DNA of 32,000 nt, taken from NCBI RefSeq assembly GCF_000404225.1, contig NC_021353.1, forward strand, positions 808,371 to 840,370, in the 5' to 3' direction. Source of the stretch: Candidatus Methanomassiliicoccus intestinalis Issoire-Mx1 (GTDB taxonomy: Archaea; Thermoplasmatota; Thermoplasmata; Methanomassiliicoccales; Methanomassiliicoccaceae). A program made the translations under genes and the position numbers. The notes under the pieces are model-generated. The model ran no database searches. It was not told the DNA's origin and saw only the letters and a list, made by a program, of their open reading frames with translations. Shown here piece after piece: positions 18,316 to 27,396 of this stretch. How positions within the stretch are numbered: the stretch's first letter is position 1; each line of letters starts with the position of its first letter.

Positions 18316-18949
18316 AGTTTTAGACCGTCTTACAAAACTATTCGAAGGAACGGAATCTCCAACGGCATTAGCTAAAACCCCTACTTGGAATGCTACACCA
18401 TTTACTGTTCTCATATCTACAGTACTGTCTCAGCGAAACCGGGATGAGATTACGTATGCTGCATCTGAAAGACTATTCAAGAAATATCCCACACCGGAAA
18501 CACTTGTGGATGCTGATCTTGATGATGTGAATGATATAATCAGCAACGTTAATTTCCATTTCAATAAAGCTAAGGCGATTAAAGAGATTTCTAGAATATT
18601 GTGTGAAGACTACAACAGCGAGGTTCCGAAAGATATCAATGAACTCGTAAAGCTTCCAATGGTAGGGAGGAAAACCGCCAATTGTCTTCTTGGATATGCA
18701 TATAGAATAGATTCAATCTGTGTTGACACTCATGTCCATAGAATCTCTAACAGGATTGGAATTGTAGATTCTAAGACACCTGAAGAAACTGAAATGCAGC
18801 TTCAGACTGCTGTACCTAGAGATCGATGGCTGGAAATTAACGATCTATTTGTGAGATTTGGGCAGGAAATCTGCACTCCTCAAAGACCTAAACATCAAAT
18901 ATGTCCTTTGAAAGATCTGTGCAGAGAATTTAGAAACGAATCTGAGTGA
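18293..18949 (+). CDS. nth: Endonuclease III
   Basis: STVLSQRNRDE, LPMVGRKTANCLL, VDTHVHRISNRIG, C-terminal CTPQRPKHQICPLKDLC; start Met at 18293 (ORF track extends to 18272). Confidence 0.95.
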   Translation: MSQKVSCEVLDRLTKLFEGTESPTALAKTPTWNATPFTVLISTVLSQRNRDEITYAASERLFKKYPTPETLVDADLDDVNDIISNVNFHFNKAKAIKEISRILCEDYNSEVPKDINELVKLPMVGRKTANCLLGYAYRIDSICVDTHVHRISNRIGIVDSKTPEETEMQLQTAVPRDRWLEINDLFVRFGQEICTPQRPKHQICPLKDLCREFRNESE

Positions 18950-18955
18950 GATCTT

Positions 18956-21900
18956 ATGGGTATAGATATTAGAGTTACAGATATTGGTGAATATATAACT
19001 CAGAATAGTTGTGCTATAAAATTTAAGCTCCGTGCTGACAAGACATCCACAGAGGCTAATTTTCCGTACTATCACCTTGTAAGAAGTCCTATAAACCCAA
19101 TATTAGTTGAAGCTGGAAGATCCGCAGAAGAAAAAGTTTCAGATATTTTAAAAAATAAATATAATATTGAATTTCTTGGTTGCACAAGTAAATCTCGAGG
19201 AGTAGAATATACAGATTGGGATTCTTTCATAGATTATCTGGAAAATGCTAGAGAATCTAAAGACGTTTTCATGAGAGAAGTTGAAATATGTTCTGATGAG
19301 GGAGCGTTTACATTACACGGTCAAATGGATTTTGTTATTTTGAGATGGATTTCTGGTAATCCAGTTATACGAATTTTGGAGTGTAAATCCAGTAGGAAAG
19401 ACAAGACTTATCATAGAATCCAGCTTGCTTCATATGTATTGATGATCAAACAGAAATTTGCAGAAGGAGTTGTAATTGGCGGAGTTAAAAGGGATGTCGT
19501 GATTGAATGCGCAGTTGTAAGGGTAGAAGGACATGCTGGAGTTCAAGATCCTTTTGAAGTTCCGTCTTTGAACCTTGAAAATGAAATGCTTGATCTGAGG
19601 GAGTTAGTTGATATAAATGGCCCTCTCTATGCAGCATATATCTCAGATTACAGTCATATTGATTACCATTTAGGATCTAAATGTAGTATGTGCACTCATT
19701 CTGCGATCTGTGCTGCAGAGAACATAAGAAAAAGGAAAATAGAGTTGCTTGGTCTTTCTATCTCGGAAAACAGAGCACTAAAGCAGTCAGATATACACAC
19801 CCTCGATGACATCATGAGCATGCCTCTGGAAAAATCCGAAGAACTCCGAATGTGCCCAGCTTTTAAAAGTAGTATTTCAAGACTAAAGCTGGATGCAGAG
19901 ACAAAAATGGCCGGTTTACTGGATGGATATGGTTATCCAGTTCAGGCGTACAACAATGGAGAGATCTCCACACTTCCAGATCATGTTCAAGGAGAAAGCA
20001 GACTTATTTGTATATATCTTGATGTAGAATGGGATCCGGTAGAAGATAGACTTCTAGGTGTAGCAGCTCACATAACAGATTCTGAAAAATACATTTATTT
20101 TGAAAAAGGAAAAAATGCTAGTCCAGATTTAATGGAGTGCGACCAATCTAGAAACAATATCAGCAGAATGAATGCAAAAGAAGTATCAGTTATAATGGAA
20201 TCTGCATGGACTGACTCTTCAGACAAAAACGATCTGAAAGAAAGAGAGCTATTGGAGAATTTTTTCTTGAGTATTTCAAACATACTCTCGGATATTGGAA
20301 ATGGAACTGAAAGAGCACTTCACTTCTATGTCTGGTCCGAATCTGATATGAGACATTTCATAGACGGATGTAAAAGAGCCGGCGGTGATGTTTTGGGGAA
20401 TCTAGTTGAACTGCTTGGTTGCAGGGCAGAATGCACGCACAATCTTGAGCAGGTCATATATTCTTCCATATACAATGAGATAAAACGAAAAATATCAATT
20501 GGGAAAATTTCTCAATCATTAGCATCTGTAACTTCACTTGGTTGGTTTGGATGGTATTTTCACTGGAATAGACAAGTCGGAAACGAAATAATTAATTTCA
20601 GGCGTTCTTTTAGACAGGATATTTTTGATCTCATAGCTAAGTTAGATGAGAAGGATGGAAAGCTGTATTCTTCTGATAACGGAAAATATTATGAAGTCAG
20701 AATTATGGCAGATTCATTGATATCTCTACCATATTGGCATATGATGTGGGATCCAGAATCTGTCTGGAAAATCAGTGACAGCAGGGCCTATACTGCGATG
20801 ACTGAATACCGGAATGCAGGAAAATCAGACTATATTAATGGATTCATGAAGGCTAAATGTCAGGCACTAAGATGGCTAGACGAACGACTCATGCCTAAAG
20901 AAACGCAGTCTGGAAAACGACAGCCTACATTCATCATCAGCAAGCCCCCCATCAATTTAAATGAATTAACCTGTTTAAAAGAAGAATTCAAATCAAGATA
21001 CTCCATAAAACAGGCATGTTTGGATTTTCTTAAACTGGATCACAGTATGAAAGAATCCGAATGGCTATCAAATAATGCTAGACCTACATTTTCAAGGGTC
21101 ATGGATGGTTCATGTATTCCTCTAAAAAATATAAGTTTTTCACAAAATAATAATAAAATAATAATGCATGCCCAATTAGATCTCAAGACATACGGTATCG
21201 ACAATGAAAAATTTTTTGAGGTATGTGAATTTGAAGAATCCAGTTTTGTTAGAATTATTCCATATTCTGGAAGTACTGATTCTGTTGATTATTCTTTAAG
21301 AAAAGGGGTAACCGCAATAATTAATAAAATTGATTTTATTGTTGGAGATTTGGAAGCTTTAATATTCCCTGGCAGATCATCTAATTATATAATGAGTTCT
21401 AGAACATCTGATTTTGATGACTGTAATCTTGGGATTGTAGTATCAAGTATTTCAGACTTCACTAATGAGAAAGTCTCTAAAAGAATAGCTTCATCATCAT
21501 CGCCTGTTTTTGAATGGTTTAATCCCTTATCTCCAAAAGTCCCTCCAAAACTTCCGATACTAGCAGATGATAAATTACGATATGATCATATATTGTATGA
21601 ATCTAGTAACGGAAAACTTAACACTTGCCAAAGAACTGCATGTATTGAGGGTTTGGAGTGCAGAGTGCAGTTGCTATTTGGTCCTCCTGGAACAGGAAAA
21701 ACGAATACCATGGCTTATGCGACACTTCTTCGTTTGATGAAAAGTGGAGAGCACTCTATATTTTTAATTTCTGCAAATACACATACTGCAATAAATGAGC
21801 TCATATCTAGAATTAATACAATTATTGATAAATTTGTAAAAACATCAAATATGCACAATGAATACTTTTCTAAGCCTGCATTTGTGAGACTTAGTGATAC

Positions 21901-22936
21901 GCCTGGAGAGGGAACAATCGATCCTAGAAATATTGCAGCAGCAAAGGATTTCATTGCTAGTGGCAGAACGGTATTTTGTGGAACTGTGGGGCAGATAATA
22001 AAACTTTCAGATGCTATGGTTGATGAGGGATTTTTAGTAGATTCATTAATTATTGATGAAGCTAGCATGATGATCTTTCCTCATTTCTTATCATTGGCTT
22101 CCACTCTTGATATCAATGGTGATATAATGCTTGCAGGTGATATTTTGCAATTATCTCCAATTACCTCTTATGACTGGAATAATGAGCAAAGGGAACAAAT
22201 TGAGATCTTGAAGCCATATCAGAGTGCATATGCTGCCATCAGAGGTCTCTGCCCACAATCTGGCGATTCTTTAAATTATGTGGCAAATCAATCACCCCTC
22301 ACAGTTACGTATAGGATGAATGAAGAATGTACTGATTTAATATCTGAAATATATGATGCAGAAGGTATTAATTTAATATCCGCTTCAACATCGAAATGTT
22401 ATAAATCGGCTATTAATTCCTTTTCTGATCTCTGGGATGGAACGGGGGTTTATTTGATAGTTCACGATGAACACGAATCAAAGAAATACAATCCTTATGA
22501 GGTATCAATTATTCAGGATATCTTAAGATATAAAGATGAAAAAGAAGACGCGGCTGTGATTACACCGCACAGAGCGCAGAAAAGTGCATTGAAGAGATCT
22601 CTTGGAGATGTAATTCCAATTGACACTGTGGAACGGTTTCAAGGAGGGCAGTGTAGTACTATAATTGTATCTGGAACGCAGAGCGATGCTACTGAAATTA
22701 GTGGAAATGCAGAGTTTATATTAGATCTCAATCGTACGAATGTTATTTTTTCCAGAGCCAAGAACCGTTTGATCGTTGTATGTTCAAAGAATCTATTAAA
22801 CAGCGTACCTTCTGAAGCTGAGGAATATGAGAATTCTATACTTTGGAAAAAGTTAAGATCCTTCTGCAGCACAACAGTATTTAAATGTGAGTATAAAGGG
22901 CACTGTGTAGAAGTGAGAATACCGCCGTTAGTTTAA
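18956..22936 (+). CDS. RecB-like (PD-D/ExK) nuclease fused to SF1 (DNA2/NAM7-type) helicase
   Basis: Nuclease: LHGQMDFVIL, ILECKSSRK, HRIQLASYVLMIK, CSMCTHSAIC. Helicase: FGPPGTGKTNTM, LIIDEASMM, GDILQLSPI, TYRMNEE, VDTVERFQGGQ, SRAKNRLIVV. Confidence 0.93.
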   Translation: MGIDIRVTDIGEYITQNSCAIKFKLRADKTSTEANFPYYHLVRSPINPILVEAGRSAEEKVSDILKNKYNIEFLGCTSKSRGVEYTDWDSFIDYLENARESKDVFMREVEICSDEGAFTLHGQMDFVILRWISGNPVIRILECKSSRKDKTYHRIQLASYVLMIKQKFAEGVVIGGVKRDVVIECAVVRVEGHAGVQDPFEVPSLNLENEMLDLRELVDINGPLYAAYISDYSHIDYHLGSKCSMCTHSAICAAENIRKRKIELLGLSISENRALKQSDIHTLDDIMSMPLEKSEELRMCPAFKSSISRLKLDAETKMAGLLDGYGYPVQAYNNGEISTLPDHVQGESRLICIYLDVEWDPVEDRLLGVAAHITDSEKYIYFEKGKNASPDLMECDQSRNNISRMNAKEVSVIMESAWTDSSDKNDLKERELLENFFLSISNILSDIGNGTERALHFYVWSESDMRHFIDGCKRAGGDVLGNLVELLGCRAECTHNLEQVIYSSIYNEIKRKISIGKISQSLASVTSLGWFGWYFHWNRQVGNEIINFRRSFRQDIFDLIAKLDEKDGKLYSSDNGKYYEVRIMADSLISLPYWHMMWDPESVWKISDSRAYTAMTEYRNAGKSDYINGFMKAKCQALRWLDERLMPKETQSGKRQPTFIISKPPINLNELTCLKEEFKSRYSIKQACLDFLKLDHSMKESEWLSNNARPTFSRVMDGSCIPLKNISFSQNNNKIIMHAQLDLKTYGIDNEKFFEVCEFEESSFVRIIPYSGSTDSVDYSLRKGVTAIINKIDFIVGDLEALIFPGRSSNYIMSSRTSDFDDCNLGIVVSSISDFTNEKVSKRIASSSSPVFEWFNPLSPKVPPKLPILADDKLRYDHILYESSNGKLNTCQRTACIEGLECRVQLLFGPPGTGKTNTMAYATLLRLMKSGEHSIFLISANTHTAINELISRINTIIDKFVKTSNMHNEYFSKPAFVRLSDTPGEGTIDPRNIAAAKDFIASGRTVFCGTVGQIIKLSDAMVDEGFLVDSLIIDEASMMIFPHFLSLASTLDINGDIMLAGDILQLSPITSYDWNNEQREQIEILKPYQSAYAAIRGLCPQSGDSLNYVANQSPLTVTYRMNEECTDLISEIYDAEGINLISASTSKCYKSAINSFSDLWDGTGVYLIVHDEHESKKYNPYEVSIIQDILRYKDEKEDAAVITPHRAQKSALKRSLGDVIPIDTVERFQGGQCSTIIVSGTQSDATEISGNAEFILDLNRTNVIFSRAKNRLIVVCSKNLLNSVPSEAEEYENSILWKKLRSFCSTTVFKCEYKGHCVEVRIPPLV

Positions 22937-22937
22937 A

Positions 22938-23237
22938 GTGAGAGTTCGGCAATTATTATGTTTAATGCATATAGTATTCTATATACTGATAATCTATCTC
23001 ATCTTGAATCTCGTATCCCTGTTAATGTACAGGTCTGATAAAGATAAAGCAATAAATAATCAATATAGAACATCTGAGAGTACCTTGCTTTTAGCGGCTC
23101 TGATCGGGCCGTTTGGTGCTTACGCAGGTATGAGAAGATATCACCATAAAACAAGGAAGCTGAAATTTAAATTGGTTTTTGTTTTCATGGCTTTACATAT
23201 AATAATCGCGGCTCTTGTCATTTTTGAATTTATGTAA
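22938..23237 (+). CDS. DUF1294-like small membrane protein
   Basis: MYRSDKDKAINNQYRTSESTLLLAALIGPFGAYAGMRRYHHKTRKLKF. Confidence 0.82.
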   Translation: MRVRQLLCLMHIVFYILIIYLILNLVSLLMYRSDKDKAINNQYRTSESTLLLAALIGPFGAYAGMRRYHHKTRKLKFKLVFVFMALHIIIAALVIFEFM

Positions 23238-23277
23238 TGGGCTCTGTTATAACTCAATACTTGTGGAGAGAAAACAT

Positions 23278-25062
23278 ATGGATGAAGATTTATTGAAAAA
23301 ATACTGGGCCGTAGTAAAAACCGAGCTTGAGACATTTAAGCCGGGGCCTAATGAAGATTGCAATTACTATCCATGTCATTTTAAGGGACAGGATTGTGCA
23401 TATTGTTATTGCCCATTTTATCCTTGCATGGATCAACGACTGGGAAAGATGGTGCATAAAGAAGGCGACGATGAAGAAGTGTGGAGTTGTCAGGACTGTT
23501 ATTGGACGCACAGAAGCGATGTGGCTAAACTCATCTCTGAAAATTTTCCATTTTCAGAAGAACCACCTGCTGACGAGATCAGAGCTGAAATAAAAAAGAA
23601 AATTGAGGAAAAATGTCCAGTGTCTGCAAAACCACTAATGATTCTTGGGACTACTTCAGGGGCTGGTAAATCAATAATTGCTAGTGCATTCTGCCGTGTG
23701 TTCTCTGACATGGGATACAACGTTGCCCCATTCAAATCTCAGAATATGTCGCTAAATTCTATGGCAATATCAGATGGAGAAATCGCCAGGGCGCAGTATC
23801 TGCAGGCTATCGCGGCCAGGACAGATCCAGAAGTAAGCATGAATCCGATTCTGCTTAAGCCACAAGGCGATGATGTTTCTCAAGTTGTTGTAAATGGCTC
23901 TGTTTACAAAAATATGCCAGTTTCTGAATATTATGAAAATTTCACAGTAAATGAAGGTATAAATATAGTGACAAATGCCTGGGAATATTTGAGGAGAACC
24001 AGAGACATTGTAGTTATTGAAGGTGCAGGCTCTCCAGCTGAAATAAACCTTTCAGAATGTGAACTGTCTAATATGAAAGCAGCTGAAATTGCTAATGCTC
24101 CATGTATCCTTGTTGTAAATATGATACGGGGAGGGGCATTTGCGTATGCATATGGAACAATCACTCTACTATCACCTGCACATAGAAAGCATATCAAAGG
24201 AATAATCTTCAACAATATGTATGGATCTGCAGATTGTCTGGATTCTGGAATCAAAAAACTGGAATCAATGCTAGGCATCCCGGTTTTAGGTGTGATTCCT
24301 CATATTGAACATGCTCTTCCAGAAGAAGATTCACAAGATCTCAAATCTTCAAAAGATGGAAATGATATAGCGATAGTTCATCTTCCCAGGATCTCAAATT
24401 TTACTGACTTTGATGCTTTGTCTTTAAGCGGCGTGTCAGTAAAGTTTGTCAGGCAACCCAATGAACTTCGCACTGCAAGGGCTATTGTAATCCCAGGTAC
24501 TAAAAACACATTTGCAGACATGGCCTGGATGAAAGAAAATGGCTTCTTTGAGACTCTTAAAGAACTACGCGGTAAAGTACCGATTCTAGGAATCTGCGGC
24601 GGATACCAGATTCTTGGTAAAAGCATCTATGACACGGAAGGGATTGAAGGAGATGTCAAAGCTGCGGAAGGCCTTGGATTTTTAGATGTTTCTACTGTGT
24701 TTGATACAACTGACAAAAAGACAGTTCAGGTATGCGGATGTCTTGAAAACGGTGAAGAAATAAGAGGATATGAAATTCACATGGGTAAGACCGAAAGCCA
24801 TGAGAAGCCGCTCATAACATTGGATGATGGGAGCCCAGAGGGTTCAATTTCTCCTGATGGGATGGTAATAGGAACATATCTTCATGGCATATTTGATCTG
24901 CCACCATTTAGGGATTATTTTTTGGAAAAAAGCAGCATAACGAGCAGTGAAGAGGTCGACTATGATGCTGAAGTTGATAAAGACCTTGATCTGATGGCAG
25001 AAACGCTCAGGAGCAATATAGACATGAAAGTCATCATGAAGATTATGGAGGATGGGGTATGA
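23278..25062 (+). CDS. cobQ: Cobyric acid synthase with N-terminal Cys-rich domain and complete glutaminase domain
   Basis: N-terminal CNYYPCHFKGQDCAYCYCPFYPC...CQDCYW; GTTSGAGKS, PFKSQNMSLNS, EGAGSPAEINL; GICGGYQILG and GTYLHGIF. Confidence 0.93.
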   Translation: MDEDLLKKYWAVVKTELETFKPGPNEDCNYYPCHFKGQDCAYCYCPFYPCMDQRLGKMVHKEGDDEEVWSCQDCYWTHRSDVAKLISENFPFSEEPPADEIRAEIKKKIEEKCPVSAKPLMILGTTSGAGKSIIASAFCRVFSDMGYNVAPFKSQNMSLNSMAISDGEIARAQYLQAIAARTDPEVSMNPILLKPQGDDVSQVVVNGSVYKNMPVSEYYENFTVNEGINIVTNAWEYLRRTRDIVVIEGAGSPAEINLSECELSNMKAAEIANAPCILVVNMIRGGAFAYAYGTITLLSPAHRKHIKGIIFNNMYGSADCLDSGIKKLESMLGIPVLGVIPHIEHALPEEDSQDLKSSKDGNDIAIVHLPRISNFTDFDALSLSGVSVKFVRQPNELRTARAIVIPGTKNTFADMAWMKENGFFETLKELRGKVPILGICGGYQILGKSIYDTEGIEGDVKAAEGLGFLDVSTVFDTTDKKTVQVCGCLENGEEIRGYEIHMGKTESHEKPLITLDDGSPEGSISPDGMVIGTYLHGIFDLPPFRDYFLEKSSITSSEEVDYDAEVDKDLDLMAETLRSNIDMKVIMKIMEDGV

Positions 25063-25874
25063 CTAGTATCATGGTTCAGGCTACATCTTCAGGTGCTGGG
25101 AAAACGACACTAGTGGCTATACTCTGTAAGCATTTTACATCGAAGGGCATCAATACGGTGCCTTTCAAAGCCCAGAATATATCATTAAATTCATTTGCAA
25201 CTCAATCTGGGGGAGAAATAGGAATGTCTCAGGCATATCAGGCATGGGCGTGTAACAAAGAGCCGCAAACAGACATGAACCCCGTTCTGATTAAACCGCA
25301 TGGTCCTGGACAATCTCAGACCATTCTGGGAGGAAAACCTTTCAACGGCACTCGGGATGAGATTGACAAATACATTGCAGATGCATATCTTAGATCAGAG
25401 TTGGATAATGATCTTGTAATCATTGAAGGGTCTGGTTCTCCCGTAGAAATCAATCTTATCGACAGGTCTAACATGGCAGTTGCAGATATGGCTGATGCAC
25501 CTGTCATTTTAGTAGGGGATATTGAGTATGGTGGAGTTTTTGCTGGACTTTATGGAACATATTCTCTTATGAGTGAAAAACATCGTCAGAGAGTTAAGGC
25601 ATTCGTAATCAATAGATTCAGGGGAGATATGAGTTTATTAATCCCGGGTATCGATAAACTTGAAAAAATGATTGGTGTTCCCTGTGCAGGGGTGCTGCCT
25701 CATGCAAATCTCCTATTTCCTTCAGAGGATTCATTGGATTTCATATCTGGCAGGGGAACAGAAGCAGAAGGAACAGATATCCGAGAAGCTTGGATGGAGA
25801 ATTTAGAAAGGATATATGCTATCTCTCAGAAATATCTGAATTACAGTCTGATTGAATCTTTTATTGATGAGTAA
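25059..25874 (+). CDS. CobQ-like synthetase domain lacking the glutaminase domain
   Basis: QATSSGAGKTTL, PFKAQNISLNSFAT, MNPVLIKPHG, EGSGSPVEINL; ends at 271 aa; ATGA overlap with upstream cobQ. Confidence 0.9.
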   Translation: MTSIMVQATSSGAGKTTLVAILCKHFTSKGINTVPFKAQNISLNSFATQSGGEIGMSQAYQAWACNKEPQTDMNPVLIKPHGPGQSQTILGGKPFNGTRDEIDKYIADAYLRSELDNDLVIIEGSGSPVEINLIDRSNMAVADMADAPVILVGDIEYGGVFAGLYGTYSLMSEKHRQRVKAFVINRFRGDMSLLIPGIDKLEKMIGVPCAGVLPHANLLFPSEDSLDFISGRGTEAEGTDIREAWMENLERIYAISQKYLNYSLIESFIDE

Positions 25875-25896
25875 AGTCAGAGATATCTGACTTTAC
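25871..25896. terminator. Bidirectional perfect 11-bp hairpin containing both convergent stop codons
   Basis: GTAAAGTCAGA-GATA-TCTGACTTTAC followed by CATTTTTTTC on the + side. Confidence 0.7.
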
Positions 25897-26494
25897 CATT
25901 TTTTTCTGCTGGACTTAACTCAAGTGATACCCATAAACCAAGCGCTTTTCCAAGGTCATGCAAATAGTTTCCTGCAGCCATTGCATTTCTCTCAATTACT
26001 GCAGCATATCTATTCATTATATCGATTGTAGGAATGTACTCATCCTTTCTCATGATTTTATCAATCTGGAAATATCTGGATCTGCCATCTAATGATGAGT
26101 AATCTTCTTTCAGAAATTCCGGTTCTTCTGTAATTACAGCCTTTGAAAATCCAAGGTTTACAGATGCAGACTCTATTGTTCTTATTTCTTCTAATATCTG
26201 TCCCAATCCTCTTCTACCATTCAAAGAATTATTATGAAAATCTACCACTCTTACATCGGGATGATCTGCTTTCGCAGTTTTCTCGCATTCTCTTACCATG
26301 TGGAGAAGCTTTCCCATTTCATCGAACATGGTGAGCATAATTGAGAATGCCATTCTATCTCTCCCAGGGAATTTATCTGCTTCTGCCAGTGCATGATATG
26401 AATTGGCATTTTCTAGTATGTGATCTGCAAGTGCAGCTGTTGTAAAAAATGCTTCGTCCCTGACAATATAGACTACATCCGGGTTACTGCTCAT
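25877..26494 (-). CDS. Helical protein with possible AbiV-family (HEPN-like) similarity
   Basis: AALADHILENANSYHALAEADKFPGRDRMAFSIMLTMFDEMGKLLHMVRE...VVDFHNNSLNG resembles the AbiV A-x-EE-x-GK / H-xx-K arrangement. Confidence 0.4.
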   Translation of the reverse strand: MSSNPDVVYIVRDEAFFTTAALADHILENANSYHALAEADKFPGRDRMAFSIMLTMFDEMGKLLHMVRECEKTAKADHPDVRVVDFHNNSLNGRRGLGQILEEIRTIESASVNLGFSKAVITEEPEFLKEDYSSLDGRSRYFQIDKIMRKDEYIPTIDIMNRYAAVIERNAMAAGNYLHDLGKALGLWVSLELSPAEKNGKVRYL

Positions 26495-26625
26495 AACGCT
26501 TTAAGTGGGGAGCAAATAATTAATGTTTTTCCCTCAGGATGATTAATTTATTATCAATTAGTTTTGATTTCTCATACATAATCTCTTTTTTTTCATTATC
26601 TTTTTTGTCTAAATTGACATACATG

Positions 26626-26674
26626 TTATATTAACTACATCCACATGCCACCTCAACGTCCCCCAGGAGGGGGA
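26626..26674 (+). promoter_or_regulatory. TATA box and Shine-Dalgarno-sequestering hairpin upstream of ABC ATPase
   Basis: TTATATTA at 26626-26633; TCCCCC-AGGA-GGGGGA at 26659-26674, 5 nt before the ATG at 26680. Confidence 0.5.
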
Positions 26675-26679
26675 ACAAT

Positions 26680-27396
26680 ATGTCAGCTATTGAAGTAACT
26701 AATCTCGTCAAAGAATTTGGTGGAGTCCGTGTCGTTGACGGCGTCTCCTTCTCTGTGAATGAGGGGGAAGTATTCGGACTTATAGGGCCAAATGGTGCAG
26801 GAAAAAGTACGACTTTGCGTATGATCTCTACACTTCTCCAGATAACTTCTGGAACCATAACTATGTTTGGACATGATGTTGAAACAGAACCTAATGAAGT
26901 AAGAAAAATTTTGAGTTATCTTCCAGAAGAGTCAGGCGCTTATAAAGATCTAACTGGAAAAGCATACCTTGATTTCTTTTCTAGATTCTTTGGAGATGGA
27001 AAAGCGGCGCAGGAAATTGCTGAGCGTGGGAAAAATATTTCTGGTTTAGGCGATAGACTCAATGATAAAATCAGCACGTACAGCAAGGGAATGACCCGCC
27101 GTCTGCTTGTTGGAAGGGCACTTATGTTCAAGCCAAAATTAGCGATTCTTGATGAATTAACCTCAGGTTTGGATGTTATCAGTGCTCAGAAGGTAAGGGC
27201 AACTGTAAAACAGACGACAAAAGAAGGCACGACTGTTATCGTATCTTCTCACAATATGCTTGAAGTGGAACTTATCTGCGATCGCATAGCACTGATTGCA
27301 AAAGGGAAAATTTTAGAAATTGGCACCCCTCAGGATCTTAAAGTAAAATATGATGCTTCAAACATAGAGGAAGTCTTCGTGAAGGTGGTAGGATGA
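26680..27396 (+). CDS. ABC transporter ATP-binding protein (NatA/CcmA-like)
   Basis: [35 protein letters not shown]. Confidence 0.94.
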   Translation: MSAIEVTNLVKEFGGVRVVDGVSFSVNEGEVFGLIGPNGAGKSTTLRMISTLLQITSGTITMFGHDVETEPNEVRKILSYLPEESGAYKDLTGKAYLDFFSRFFGDGKAAQEIAERGKNISGLGDRLNDKISTYSKGMTRRLLVGRALMFKPKLAILDELTSGLDVISAQKVRATVKQTTKEGTTVIVSSHNMLEVELICDRIALIAKGKILEIGTPQDLKVKYDASNIEEVFVKVVG

